64,000 nucleotides of DNA, from the NCBI GenBank assembly GCA_030704615.1, contig CM060731.1, positions 17,112,001-17,176,000 on the forward strand. Direction: 5' to 3'. The notes beneath the pieces are model-generated. The model did no database searches and was not told the origin of the DNA. It saw only the letters and a program-made list of their open reading frames with translations. Of the stretch, positions 49,375 to 61,600 are shown in pieces (within the stretch, counting starts at the first letter, position 1; each line of letters begins with the position of its first letter). Source of the DNA: Takakia lepidozioides (taxonomy: Eukaryota > Plantae > Bryophyta). The position numbers and the translations under genes were made by a program.

Positions 49375-52300
49375 CTAGGGGGGACCACGAAGACCAGCAG
49401 CATCATTCCATGCAGCGTGAGTGCTCCCATCGATAGTGGCATGCGTGTTGTCTTCTGCAGGTCTGTGAGATTGGCCACCGATCACAGCCGCACAGTCTGG
49501 ACATCTCGAAGTCTGCATGGGTCCTCCGCATTCTCCCACCACATAAAAGTGGCCATTGGGGCATTTATACCAGTGCCCTCGCCCTCCCACTTCCGCAGTC
49601 ATGACTTTGAGCAATGACCTGCTTGAAAATGTGGTGCTCTTTCGATTTCTCTTTCATTGTCATAGCTGCCCTGCATTGAGGATCATGTTTGAGTACCACA
49701 TCACACAGCAGCAAAACTTGGCTATGTTCGCCCATTAATCTGCCGAGGCATTGTGCCCACAGTATAGTTGCCTGGATGCCTAGTGCCTTATCAGCCCTCG
49801 TGATTGCACAGTCGACACCGATGTTGTTCAATTTGGAACCAAGTGCAGCACATGAGCTACTGGAAGTTCCAATCACGTTGGTCACATCAGCTGCAAGAGG
49901 GCTTCTCTCGACGACTAGGCGGAGGCAAGAGATGGCTTCCTTTCCTTGATTAAGGGCAGAATGTGCACAACCCATGCCAAAGTGGGCTTGTAGAAGCTCT
50001 GGATTTTGCCGTAGAGCTTCAATGAAATGGCCAAGCGCCATTATAGGATCTGCTGTCTTCAGCAATTCATTCCCTTTCCTTGTCATCTCAATGGCGTAAA
50101 TTCTTCGCTTTATTTCATCAACTTGAGCCAGCCTTGTCTTCACAGCAGTCGAGTAGCGGAATGTCTGCTGGATAGGTGTTTTGCAGGCGGGGCTGCAAAA
50201 AAGACAGATTTAGTTAATGCTCATGATCTTCATGAATGCAGATCACTTTAGAACTATCGTTGTGGCATGCAGGCAACTCTCTTGAAAACCGCGCGTGAAT
50301 GATGCTAGCTACTAGGAGCTCTGTACTGAAAATCGACTTGTAAGAAAACATCCACCAGCTCCTCGAGCAACCTGCATTACCGAAAAATTACTGATCTTGA
50401 CTTGTATATCATGTATGCAACATGTTGATTGGAATCCGGTATGTGAAGTCCTAGATGATCACTGTAATTTGGTCAGGATCTCGTTGGCACTTGTTTATCA
50501 TGAGGTCTGCTTATGTACAAGTACGTCAGAAATGTTCAAATTTCTGCCATAGCAAAGGATGAGACTTACCACTGCTTAAGCTTCACAGCGACAGAGGCGC
50601 TAGTACTGTCACAGTCTGTAGGCACGGAGGTTGCGTCGTCATGGTCCATCCAACCATCCAAGCCCGTGACCTCAAACACATGTCCGCAATCCTGCAGTTG
50701 TATGAAACGATCGGCTTCATCGAACTCACTGAGCTTCATTTGCGCTATGACATCAAATTCTTCAGGGTGACAGCGCCGGCATTTGGGGCATGGCTCCCCA
50801 CACAGTCCGCAACATGGATGCTTGCAGGTCCGAAGGGTCTTCTTGCATGGCACATTGCAGCGTGGCCGACGACATATTTGGTAGCACCTGTTGATCAACA
50901 ATCGCGAGGGTCAATGTTAGTGAAAAGAGCGCCCGCTTTTATGCTTCTCTAGATCCGCCAGCACTTGATGTTTCTAGATCAACATAAATCAGGCAGGCAG
51001 GCCTCTATTCAATTCATAGGGACAGTATGGCTGAGGCCCTCGTCATCATGAGGCTCCTGCACTTTGACCTCCCTATGAGTGCCCATCTTCTATGATCATG
51101 ATCAATCTAGATAGCTGTCAAAATCAAGCCATTCTCAAGTAGATGCCATTCATTGGATTACCTGAGCTTGCAACGAAAGTGCTTGCAGCGCCAGGCGCAT
51201 GGCTCAATGCAGGGTCGGCACTTAACTCCACACCCATGTGAGCAACGGCTGTGCACACAACGCCTCTGGCACTTTTGACGGCAGGGTGGACAAGAAAGCA
51301 AGCAGCCTTCCTGACAGGGGTGCGAGCATGGCATGATTCTTGCACATTTTTCTTTGCAAGGAACATGGTTAACCCCTTCCTGGCAGGTGCCACAAGTCCC
51401 TTTACAGAAGTGCCCACACTCAGGAAGCACACTTGTGCATGGCTCACGGCAGAGGTAAGCTGCAATGTCTTGAGAGCAAGGCACCTGAGCTGTGTGACCA
51501 CATGTTAGGACTTTCTCAATCTCTACTTGGCAGAGGTAAACTGCAACATCTTGAGAGCAGGGCACCTGAGCTGTGTGACCACATGTTAGGACTTTCTCAA
51601 TCTCTACTTGGCAGAGGTAAGCTGCAATGTCTTGAGAGCAGGGCACCTGAACTGCGTGACCACATGTCAGAACTTTCTCAATCCTTACTTGGCAAGTCTC
51701 TGGGACTACACATTGGTTTCCACATCGTCTTGGACAGGAATGACCGCAGTCCACCTTTTTCTCACATGGACGTTGGCAGACATACGTATCCACAGCTTGT
51801 GAGCAGCTGATGGTTGCATCATGCCCACATTGAGGCAGTAACTTTGAGACATTCTTGACACAGGGGGGACATTCACTCTCTCCATGGCACCGACATATGC
51901 AATTATGGCCACAGAACTCATGGTTTCTAGCACATGGTTTGGGACATGCAACGTTTTCATGGCCGCCGGGATGGCACCTCCTCGGGCAGGCGTGCCCACA
52001 GTCTAGCTGGTACAGGCAAGGCCTGTTGCAACCCCCATCTTGTACAAGGTTGAAGTCGATAGCGTTGGTGATTTTCGTCTCTGTCTCTGGATGATTTTGG
52101 CAGCTCAAAATAAGCTCAGGGCCCAAGCATTGCTTGCTGTTGAGGCTGTCTATCACTTCCTCCCACAGGCTGCTCCTCAGGCAGAGGAGTTTGGAATTTC
52201 CAAACATGTACAGCCCAATGCGTGCCCTTGACAGCGCAACACACACGCGATTAGCCACACCAACGAAGCCAATTTTTCCTAAGCCATCCTTTCCGGGATG

Positions 52301-55300
52301 CTGGTTGCTTCTTACAAGAGATAATATGATAATGTCGCATTCTTCCCCTTGGAAGTTGTCCACGCTGGTGACTGTTGGATACACGACATGTGTGCCTTGA
52401 AGAGGCACAGACAGGTCTGCAGTAGACGTTTCCGGTGCTGTCAACAAAGTATGCTTCAACACTCCCACCTTTCTGTCTGCAAGAAGGCCTTTAATAAGCG
52501 AAATCTGGCCAGAATACATGCTGAGAATGGTGATGTGCTCGGGGATATATCCTTGCTTTAGAAGGTAGGAGCAGAACTCTACTACAAGCTTAGCCTCCTC
52601 TACATTCTTCTTGCTCCCAGCATCACCGCTGCTGCTCTCTTCAGCTGTGTGATCCAGAAAGAACACATTACTTCTGACTCCTTTAACATCGTCAAAAGTG
52701 GACACAGAGGGGTGATTACGAAGCCGGGGGCCGTAGATGGGAGTGATGAGGGTAGCAATGGAAGGTCGCATCCTCCGTTGCATTTCCAGTGTCACATGCT
52801 GAACACCACCTGACAAAATCACTCTACTTCCATCAGTGACATGCAGAAAATGACAGCTGAAAATCTACGTCAGGCTCATGAATGCATGGAAGTCAGATTC
52901 ACTACTAGCAAGTGTACAGGCAAGGTGTCAGGTTCAGCTCAATTGATACTAGAGAGGCCTACTGGTTACACATGATGCATGCAGAGTTCTAGATACAGAC
53001 AGCTTAAATGATGCGAGCTCGGCTTTCTCCACCTGGCTCTCCAGATTAGAATCATACTGATCATGAAATATTGCAACATCTGAAAGGAGTCAGGAATTTG
53101 TGTTTGCACACTCGTTGTATCTAGGAAGAAAATCACAGCATCTGGAAAAATATGTTACTTGTTGCCAGGCGCTCAAACATGGACACGTCCAGTTTATGTT
53201 GGACTGCAAGGTTATACACTGCAACTGATGGACGCAGCTGCAAATGATCCCCAATCAATATGAGATGCTTCGTGAAAGGGCTGAGGCAGGCCACAATGTG
53301 GGCCTCCAGAACCTCTGCTGCCTCTTCCACAATAACGATCTCCGGTTTCAAAGCCACCAGTAATTCATGGTGACGTGCTGCTGATGTTGTAGTCATCCCT
53401 ACAACTCGGGCATTCCGAAGAAGAGACAGACTGATTTCACTCTCAATTGTCGCTACTGCTCGGCACGCCTCCTCATACCCGGAAAGAAGAGTTTTAATCT
53501 GTGTCCTAGTCTTTTGTTTTATCTCTTCCAACCAGAAATTGTGTAACTGATGCCTAGATGCTGCATCAAGAAGCCAAACATCGGGATAACCAACTATGTC
53601 GTGAAGGGGATACGCTTGGTCCTCTCGCCAACCTTGATCAGTCCCAGATTCGGCCCTATAGGGATCCTCTTCTGGCCCGCGGTTCATGTCCACATCAACT
53701 TGATCCTCGACATGCATAGACTCAATCTCTTTGGACAGGCTGTCATAATATGGACCATTATGAGATACCCCTCCAGTTCCAGCAGAATTTGCAATCAGGC
53801 CTGCATATCCAATGTGTGTTCAAATTATCAAGAACTGTGCTCCTCTCTTCGGAAACTACTGCACCTAGGTGTCGATAAAGAGCACAAACAGGACGACTGA
53901 TTTAAAATGTCGGTCCATGACAGATGCTAGCAATTGATCTACATATATTCAAACAAAGATACAAGTTTACAGTTCCAGGGGGATCCACAGATTCCTGCTG
54001 GGCTTTGTACAATGAGCACTAGATTAAGGTTTCACGTGCGATTGATTATTTACGAGTCCTTGTCAGTGCAATGATCTGCCAAAACCGAAATGGATTCATG
54101 ATCTAGATTGTGTGCCGCGCGGGATAAATTAATACCTAGGTTGCACCTACAGTACCTTCAACTGAGTCGCACTGCAGGGTACTCTCCGTGTGGTCGGGTC
54201 CAAACGCCTCTGCAGATGATGAGCTGCTTTCTGAACTACACTCTCCGTCACTCCAGGTGTCTACTTCATCCTGCAATGCTGAGTAGGGATTAGAAATCTT
54301 CATACGATCTTCCAGGTCAAACTCATGACCCACAGAGTTCCTCAAACCTTGATAATTCATGCGATAGCCGGGATCATATGAAGATTGAAGCCAGACCCCC
54401 ACAGTCGTCTGGGAGTTTTTCGCATTTGCAACGTTAAAGAACAGATGGGCAATCTGGTCCTTAGTTGCCACGCCACGCAGAGATTCCTTTGTCACCACTT
54501 TCATGTCCATGACTTTCAGAAGCTGAGTCAAGCTCTCCTCCAGTGCTTCTTTTGCCCTTTTTGATGTCTGGAGTTCATGGTGGTGAGCAATGTCAAGGCT
54601 CTTTGCAGACCTTTTCTCTTGTATAAGTGTATGCAAGCAGCGTTCCTGCAAAGTTTCGCTTTTGCTTCTGGCACCAAGACGGATAAGACAATTCTCATAC
54701 TTGTAAATGCCCTCTAAGAACTGATCCAGTGCATGGTTGGTAAAACAAACCACCAAGATGGGTCCTTGAACTAGAGCATTCTCAGTTTCCAGGGAAGGCC
54801 TCCTATGATTCAGACCCTTCAGCTCGGCCCCCGAGCCGCAACCCCGCCCGTTCCCCCACCTCCCCCTCCCCCTACCTTCCCCTCGCCCCGCCCGCGCGCC
54901 AGTGCTTGAAGAGGATTGTAGTCCTACGTCCAACCCGTAGACGTTTGCAAGTAAGACTCGCACTGCAAGCAGCCCTATGAAGGTTTTGCCTGTGCCCGGG
55001 GGCCCTTGGATTAAGGCAATTTCCTTTGTCAATGCATGTCTCAGCGCCCTCATCTGGCTGCAGTCAAGTGAAGAGGTGAATGACGGCCATTCTTCCAACA
55101 CGTTCAGGGTTTTCCTCCCGATATCTCTCTCCAACTCCGGAAAAATACAGCTCATATCGTACTGTAGGCCATTTTTACCCCCCAGAAGATAGCTGGGTGG
55201 ATTCACCATGGGCTCAAGGTTGACGAGGTGCCTTGAGAATGGGATATTCTCCATTTCCTCCTGCTGCAAACACTTCAATGCATGTGAATATGCCTCGAAA

Positions 55301-58300
55301 TATGCGGAGGAGGACTCCACCATGACATAGACCTTGCCTATGTGCAATAAACACTCTGCTGGTCCGATAAAGCGGACATCAATCACGCCCTTTTCTATAG
55401 CGCTAACATCTCGATGTGCCACTATTGCACAGCCTTGGATTGACTGGAAATCGTCCTGAGATATGCATAGCAAAGACCCCATCATCAGACTTTGATCAGC
55501 CTCCAAACGAGGGTCTCCCCTTGAAGGTTTGGCCCAGGTGTCAAAGGACAAACGGAATTCCGTGCCAGAAAAACCACATCGAAGGCCTAAGAGCTTGACA
55601 TGACGATAGACGCGCAAACCTTGGACCCCATGCCTGCCATGCGCGGCTGGCATTTGGTAGGACCGAATCCCGGCTCTGAGTGGCTCAATATAATCTTCCC
55701 GCAGAAGCAGAAATTGGGTTTCCAGATACTCCAATATCGATGTGTAGCGCACACCAACAAGGTTGACTGGCAGTGCAACATGCTCACGAGATAGAAGCTC
55801 ATCCTCACTCGGCATTATAGACATGCTCTGGAACTCCTTTCCCTGGCAGAGACAACATGTGTATTTAAAGGCAAGTTAGTCGAGCCCTACTCTCGCCCTA
55901 CTGCATGTACATTTGAAAATATTCTTTCCGAGTTGAACTACTCCATGTACATCATGTATGATCCTTGGGTTGCCGGAGTGCTGAGCTAGGTAATGAAACC
56001 TGCCGGAGAACAGGTCTATAGATTTGCATTTCTGTTATGGCACCTCTGTACAGTAATTATTTGTTAGATCAGAGCCATGATGTCCATACTCGTACGTGAC
56101 TGGAGAGCCAAAGATGATACATACATGTGGACCACTTGGTCAACTTGAAATCTGAGTGTACTAATTCACGGACCTCGGAGGAGCTGGACCTCCGAGACAC
56201 CGCAGCAGAGGAGAGCTCGCTGATCAACGGAGATCATCTATGAACATACAGGTCGCAATATAATAATTGGACATAATTCCCGGGATGTGCCAACTGGTAG
56301 ACTCAGGAACTTAGTCCTGATCAGAGAGAATCTTGTTCAAATAGTTTGACCGACAATTCATCTTGAGGAAACCTTAGGGAAAAGAACAGGTCTCGAGTTA
56401 CATGTTATGTACAGTACCTTCAAGGTGTCGTGTGGTTTCTCAGTTGCCAGAAGCCACCGTTGTTTGTCCCGGTGCGCAAGTAAGCGAGCTACATCATTTG
56501 CCAGCGCGTCCTTGGCTGAGCTGCCAGGGAGCGACTCCAAATGGCTCTTCACAGCATCCAGAGGAATCACCTTCCATCCATCTGAGGTGCGAGTTTGTAT
56601 CTCTTCTAGGACTGAGAGGTAAGCCTGCACAACGTCCATGGATTCATTTACGATTTGCACTTGAGAGATCTCAAACATAGCAAGTTTCATCACCAAACCG
56701 ATTCACTGGCGCTGCTAGGCAGTTAACATAGTCCGTATCTCATCACTACAGTTGACCGATTTTAGTACTCGTGACGTGTTTTGATGCCGATCTGTCTGCA
56801 TGAATACATCTAGCCCATTAAAGGTACAATATATATATGGGCAATGTGAAAGGTGGTAGAGTCCAACATGGATCTGATGTGAACTGTTATGTGCGCTGGA
56901 GACCACAAGATGTGCAGGTTGTATTTGCTCGACAAGAATATTTGCACTGAGATGGCGTTCTACTCGAGCATGATTGCGTAGTGCTTACGTAGCTTATGAA
57001 ATAACTCTACAGTTCAATTTCTCCGTGCAGCCTGCAAGATTAAATACTCCTGCTACATGACCCCAAAGTTTCTCACTATATCAGTTGACACACAATACGA
57101 GTGAAGTACTTAATTTAATTTAAAGTAAGCCAGTACCTGTAGGGCTCTGGAGCTTGGTCTCGCAAGTCCTTGGAGATGGGCTGACAAATTTGTCAGAAAT
57201 GATGACCTTGGCAAAATTCCGTATATTTTGTTGGTGCTTTCAAGCATCATGCTTGACCGGATCTCTTGTTTTCCCAGTAACGAGATTAGCATCTCAATAA
57301 CGGTCTCCGATAGATTGTGCTGCTCCACCAGATCTGAGAGCTCGGCTAGACCCTGACCATTGCTCAAGTAAACTATATTCTCTGAAGCAGGTTTTTTGAG
57401 CTGAATTTGTAACCATGCTTCCATCTGGTTAGATGAACGGAACCGAACTACACGACTGGTCACATCATTACAGTGCGAAAATCTGCATCTCGTCCCAGAC
57501 CTGCATCTTCCAACCTGGAAATTGCAACAAATTATCTTACCCCCTCCCCTACTTGGTGATCCTGGCGCTCGCAATACTGGAGGTCGATAGAACTGCTTAC
57601 TGTTAACATGACGGATTATTGTGAACTTGGGTAGGGGAATGTAGACTGCCTGTTGTTGCAAATACAGCAGTGCCTGCTGGAGTGATTCGTCATCGTCAAC
57701 AACAATTTTCTCTCCAGAAGTGTCACAATATCGAGCTTCGAGGCTTAGCTGTACTGAGCCTGATTTTAATAACCCTTCATTGAGACTAGAGAGAGCAGAA
57801 AAGGATTCGACCATCAGTTTCCGGAAGATACTGAATTCGCCCGACAAACTAGGCAGGACCACTATCTTGACGCTGTTTTCATACTCCAGCTTGATACGGA
57901 TTTTACTTTCACAACTTGAGACCTGCACGCGCCAACATGTGTGCGCAAATTATGTGAAACTGACATTTCTTAGCGGACAGTTCGACCACAAATCCCGTAT
58001 ATCTCCCGTACATATGCATGCATGATAGATATATAATCTGAGTACACATTGTAATCAAGCTAATCGGTTCAAATTATGTACAGTACTGGCTTCAAATGCA
58101 CATCCCTCATGACTTATATCATGTATAAATTTGAACGACCTCAAGGATCAATGTTAAAGGTCCGAAGTTTAGGTCAAGGATGCCGTAAGCACATTGTAAA
58201 CACTAAGGGTTCGATCTAGATGTCCATATCGAGTACTGGAAAGACACACAGGGACGTAACACTGCGTCGAAGACATCAGAATGTCATGCAGGAATCGCGG

Positions 58301-58662
58301 CCTCATATCATCTGCACGAATCTGTGGGATGGCTGTGCAGGTAAGGACATTATGAACTCTACACAGTAGCTGGATTCCAATATGTAAGGTATGAAAAGAA
58401 AAACTTGTATACATGGAGTGAGACTTACACATTGTAGCTCTCCCGGCACAGTCATGATACGGACTGTAGATAACAGCTCCGAACTCTCCTCTAAGTTCTT
58501 AGGCTCCTGTGGTGGATTAGATTGCAGGCTCGTCGCAGACCCGACAGAGAGGGGAATCCAGCGATCAGGCTGGTGCCACACCCTGCTGCTCTTGGGTCCT
58601 CTGTGCTTGGAGTGCGACTGGGTCTCTTCAACTGGGAACGCCTTATTTGACCCTCTACCCAT
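49375..58662 (-). CDS. ZNFX1-like SF1 RNA helicase / E3-ligase with added PB1, CCCH and TPR-like domains (copy 1; frameshift before the RZ finger)
   Basis: Exons 58662-58429, 57922-57137, 56624-56418, 55842-54156, 53800-53159, 52809-51162, 50887-50570 and 50192-49375, all junctions in phase. ZNFX1-type motifs: YLETQFLLLREDYIEPLR, IQGPPGTGKT, VCFTNHALDQFLE, VEEAAEVLEAH, IGDHLQLRP, VDNFQGEECD, VALSRA, a CGH-x-C NF-X1 array, IQLQDCGHVFE...CPACKTPI, and RZ finger HWYKCPNGHFYVVGECGGPM..SRCPDC..VIGGQSH. Confidence 0.9.
51449..51692 (-). repeat. 81-bp coding tandem repeat, three copies, expanding the NF-X1 finger array
   Basis: Near-identical units start at 51449, 51530 and 51611, each encoding EKVLTCGH..QVPCSQD.A.YLCQVEI (27 aa). 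Confidence 0.9.
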
Positions 58663-61600
58663 ATTTTCCGACTTTCTCTGTGGCCCTTACCTTTCAAGCG
58701 ATTGTTCGAGCAGATCAGCTCCCACCCACCGATAAAGTTCTACTTATATACCCTTTCCTCTGCCTCTCGCGGAATCTCTCCGATCAGCCGATATGGACTT
58801 TCTCATGTGCAACTATCTATCAATCTCTAGCACACGGACTGAACTCCTCCTTTGCTCCTTCAACAACCGTATCAGGCTTGTATCCCTTCGGCTCCCTCTA
58901 TAGTGATCAGTGCAGACGCTGGCGGCGGCGTTCGAGCGTTGTGACGTCAACTTCATTGATGAGACCCCTCCATGCAAAATATCAGCCTCACTTGAAATGA
59001 TGGCGTATTTACGCCGTCGCTCGTACTGATCACGGACGGACGATGAGCAGCCAAGGAACATTCCAAAGTTGTTATCGATTTGATGACAACCGCCTTTCCT
59101 CGTCTACCTCACCCATCGCCGTCACACTTCTCTGCCTCGGAGGCGCAGGATTTTGAAGGACACCCATGTGATGTTTCGCAACAGAGATCTGTTGGTCTGG
59201 TAAGTATGTATATGTGTATATATGTATATGTTGATCTCAACACGATACCAGACCAACTTAAGATCACAGCCTTCAGGGAAGACTTATGTGTGATCATAGC
59301 GTATACTACATCAATGGGCTCAGATCAAAGGACGAGCTTCAGCAAAAGCGAGCAAGAATCATACTAAGAGCAGGGCCGATCAGATAGGGACAGATCGCTA
59401 ATTGAGCGCAGAAAATTCTATAGTACCGTCGCAAGAACGCAAACTTGGCAAGGAGCTCAGAATCAATCGATTACAAGTACTGTTTAATCACCACAGAAGG
59501 TGATTTCAGCGATCATGCAACTAGGGCTCATTCACAGAGATCCGAGATCCAATTGCCGCAGGATTGCAACCGAATCAGTACTGTGGGATGCAGGAACAAC
59601 AACTTGGTAGATTGTGTACTCTCGATCTGGTGCGTTGTATGCGATCAAAGAATCCAGATGATGCATGCACAGGTCAATCCTGTTTCGCTGTAAGTAAAAG
59701 TTATGACTGCTTTTCCCAACCTGTTAAAATTGCCCAAAAGCTTATTTTGTATAAATATTATATATATATATATGTCTACTGGGGACTATTTTTGGGGCGT
59801 GGCAAGTAGTTGTCAGTGTGATTATCATCCTATTTTCTGCCCAATCTCAGTATTTATTTATCCAACTCAGTCTAAGAAATGACTCACAAAAGCATGCGGG
59901 CCATTCCTAATCTTCCAATTTGAGCTCTTGCACTACCCTTGCTGGTATCACCACTCTGGTATGATGAGTATGGAGGCTGAATACAGTACATGTTTTGGAC
60001 CATATCAAACACACATTCTTCAATACTTTCAAGTCTGGATTTGCCGCACTCTACTTGTATTTTATATGTCATTGGGCTTGCTTAGAATCGCTCTTGTGGT
60101 ACTCTAGGCGGAGTTGATATTAGCTAGTATGAGTTTCTACACCATTGTCAACTGATATTGGAGTTTGTAAGTCGCATTGGTGCCATTCCTGATACCCTAG
60201 AGGTACTAGAATCCAGGTTTTTTCTTAGTATTCCAAACCAGTGTTGAGGACATGTGCAAATTTTGTACTACCAAGAGACTCGTGGTATTCCAAAACCACC
60301 ATACCACACCAACAGTGGTGCCTAGTACCTACCGTTCGATACGACTGACTACAAATTCAGTCATATATATGCAGTCATAAAACTGTAATCTGTTGGCGAC
60401 TGATCCCTCCGTGTTCAGTTAGTACGACCGACGCCATGCGCGCCGTCGCTAAGTAGTTATGTAGTACGCCGTCATTTGGAAGCGAGGCTGATATTTTGCA
60501 TGCACGGGTCTATTCAATGCAGTTGTGTCCCTTCACTCGCTGTAGAGGGAGCGCAAACGCTCAAAGGCATCCTGTTGATCAACATCTGCATCCCTGAGAA
60601 GCTAATATGCGTGCGGTAGAGATTGAGAGAGTTGTGAGGCAGCCCATATCGGGGGATTGGAGAGAGTCGAGGCAGAGGAAAGGTTTCCCATTTCGGTGGG
60701 TGGGGAGCTGCTCATTTGAAGGCTATGGGGAGAAAACGGCCTGAAAAAATGGGTAGAGGATCAAATCCAGTTGACGAAACCGGGGCGAAATCAGGAGGCG
60801 TGATTAATACCAGGGTGGCGCGTCGGCCAGATCGTTGGATTCCCCTCTCTTTCGTGTCTGCGAACAGACTGCATGGGTACTCTGAGCAATGTAATCCACC
60901 GCAGGAGGCTAAGTCGAAGTTAGAGGCAAGTTCGGAGGTGTTGTCTACTGTCCCTATCATGTCTGCGCCGCCGAGAGACCTTCAAAGTGTAAGTCTCACT
61001 CCATGTTTTCTTTTAGTAGGTCTTGCATATTACTCAAGAGAATGACTTTAGCATCAACCTGGACAGAACTTAATAACTTACCTGCGGGCCATCCCACATA
61101 TTCTTAGCCAAGCAAATCAGTAAACTTCAAAGTGCCAATACTTCGTATCAGTCGTATTCTTGAATCAGGGATAACGAAAGATCGTGCAGATGATATCAGG
61201 CCAAGCTTCAAGCGACTGGGCTGCAAATGACATTCTCATATCTTAGACGTGTACAGTGTGTCTTTCCAGTCGTCGAAGTGGACAACCCTTTTAGTATTTA
61301 CATTGTGCATCTTGAAAAAATTTCCTACTCCCTGCAGGTCTCAAGTTGTGAAAGTAAACTGCGCTCGAAAATCCGTATTAAGCTGGAGTATGAAAACAGC
61401 GTCAAGATAGTGGTCCTGCCTTTATCGGGCGAATTCAGTATCTTCCGGAAACTGATGGTCGAATCCTTTTCTGCTCTCTCTAGTCTCAATGAAGGGTTAT
61501 TAAAATCAGGCTCACAGGTAAGCCTCGAAGCTCGATATTGTGACACTTCCGGAGAGCAAATTGTTGTTGACGATAACGAATCTCTCCAGCAGGCACTACT

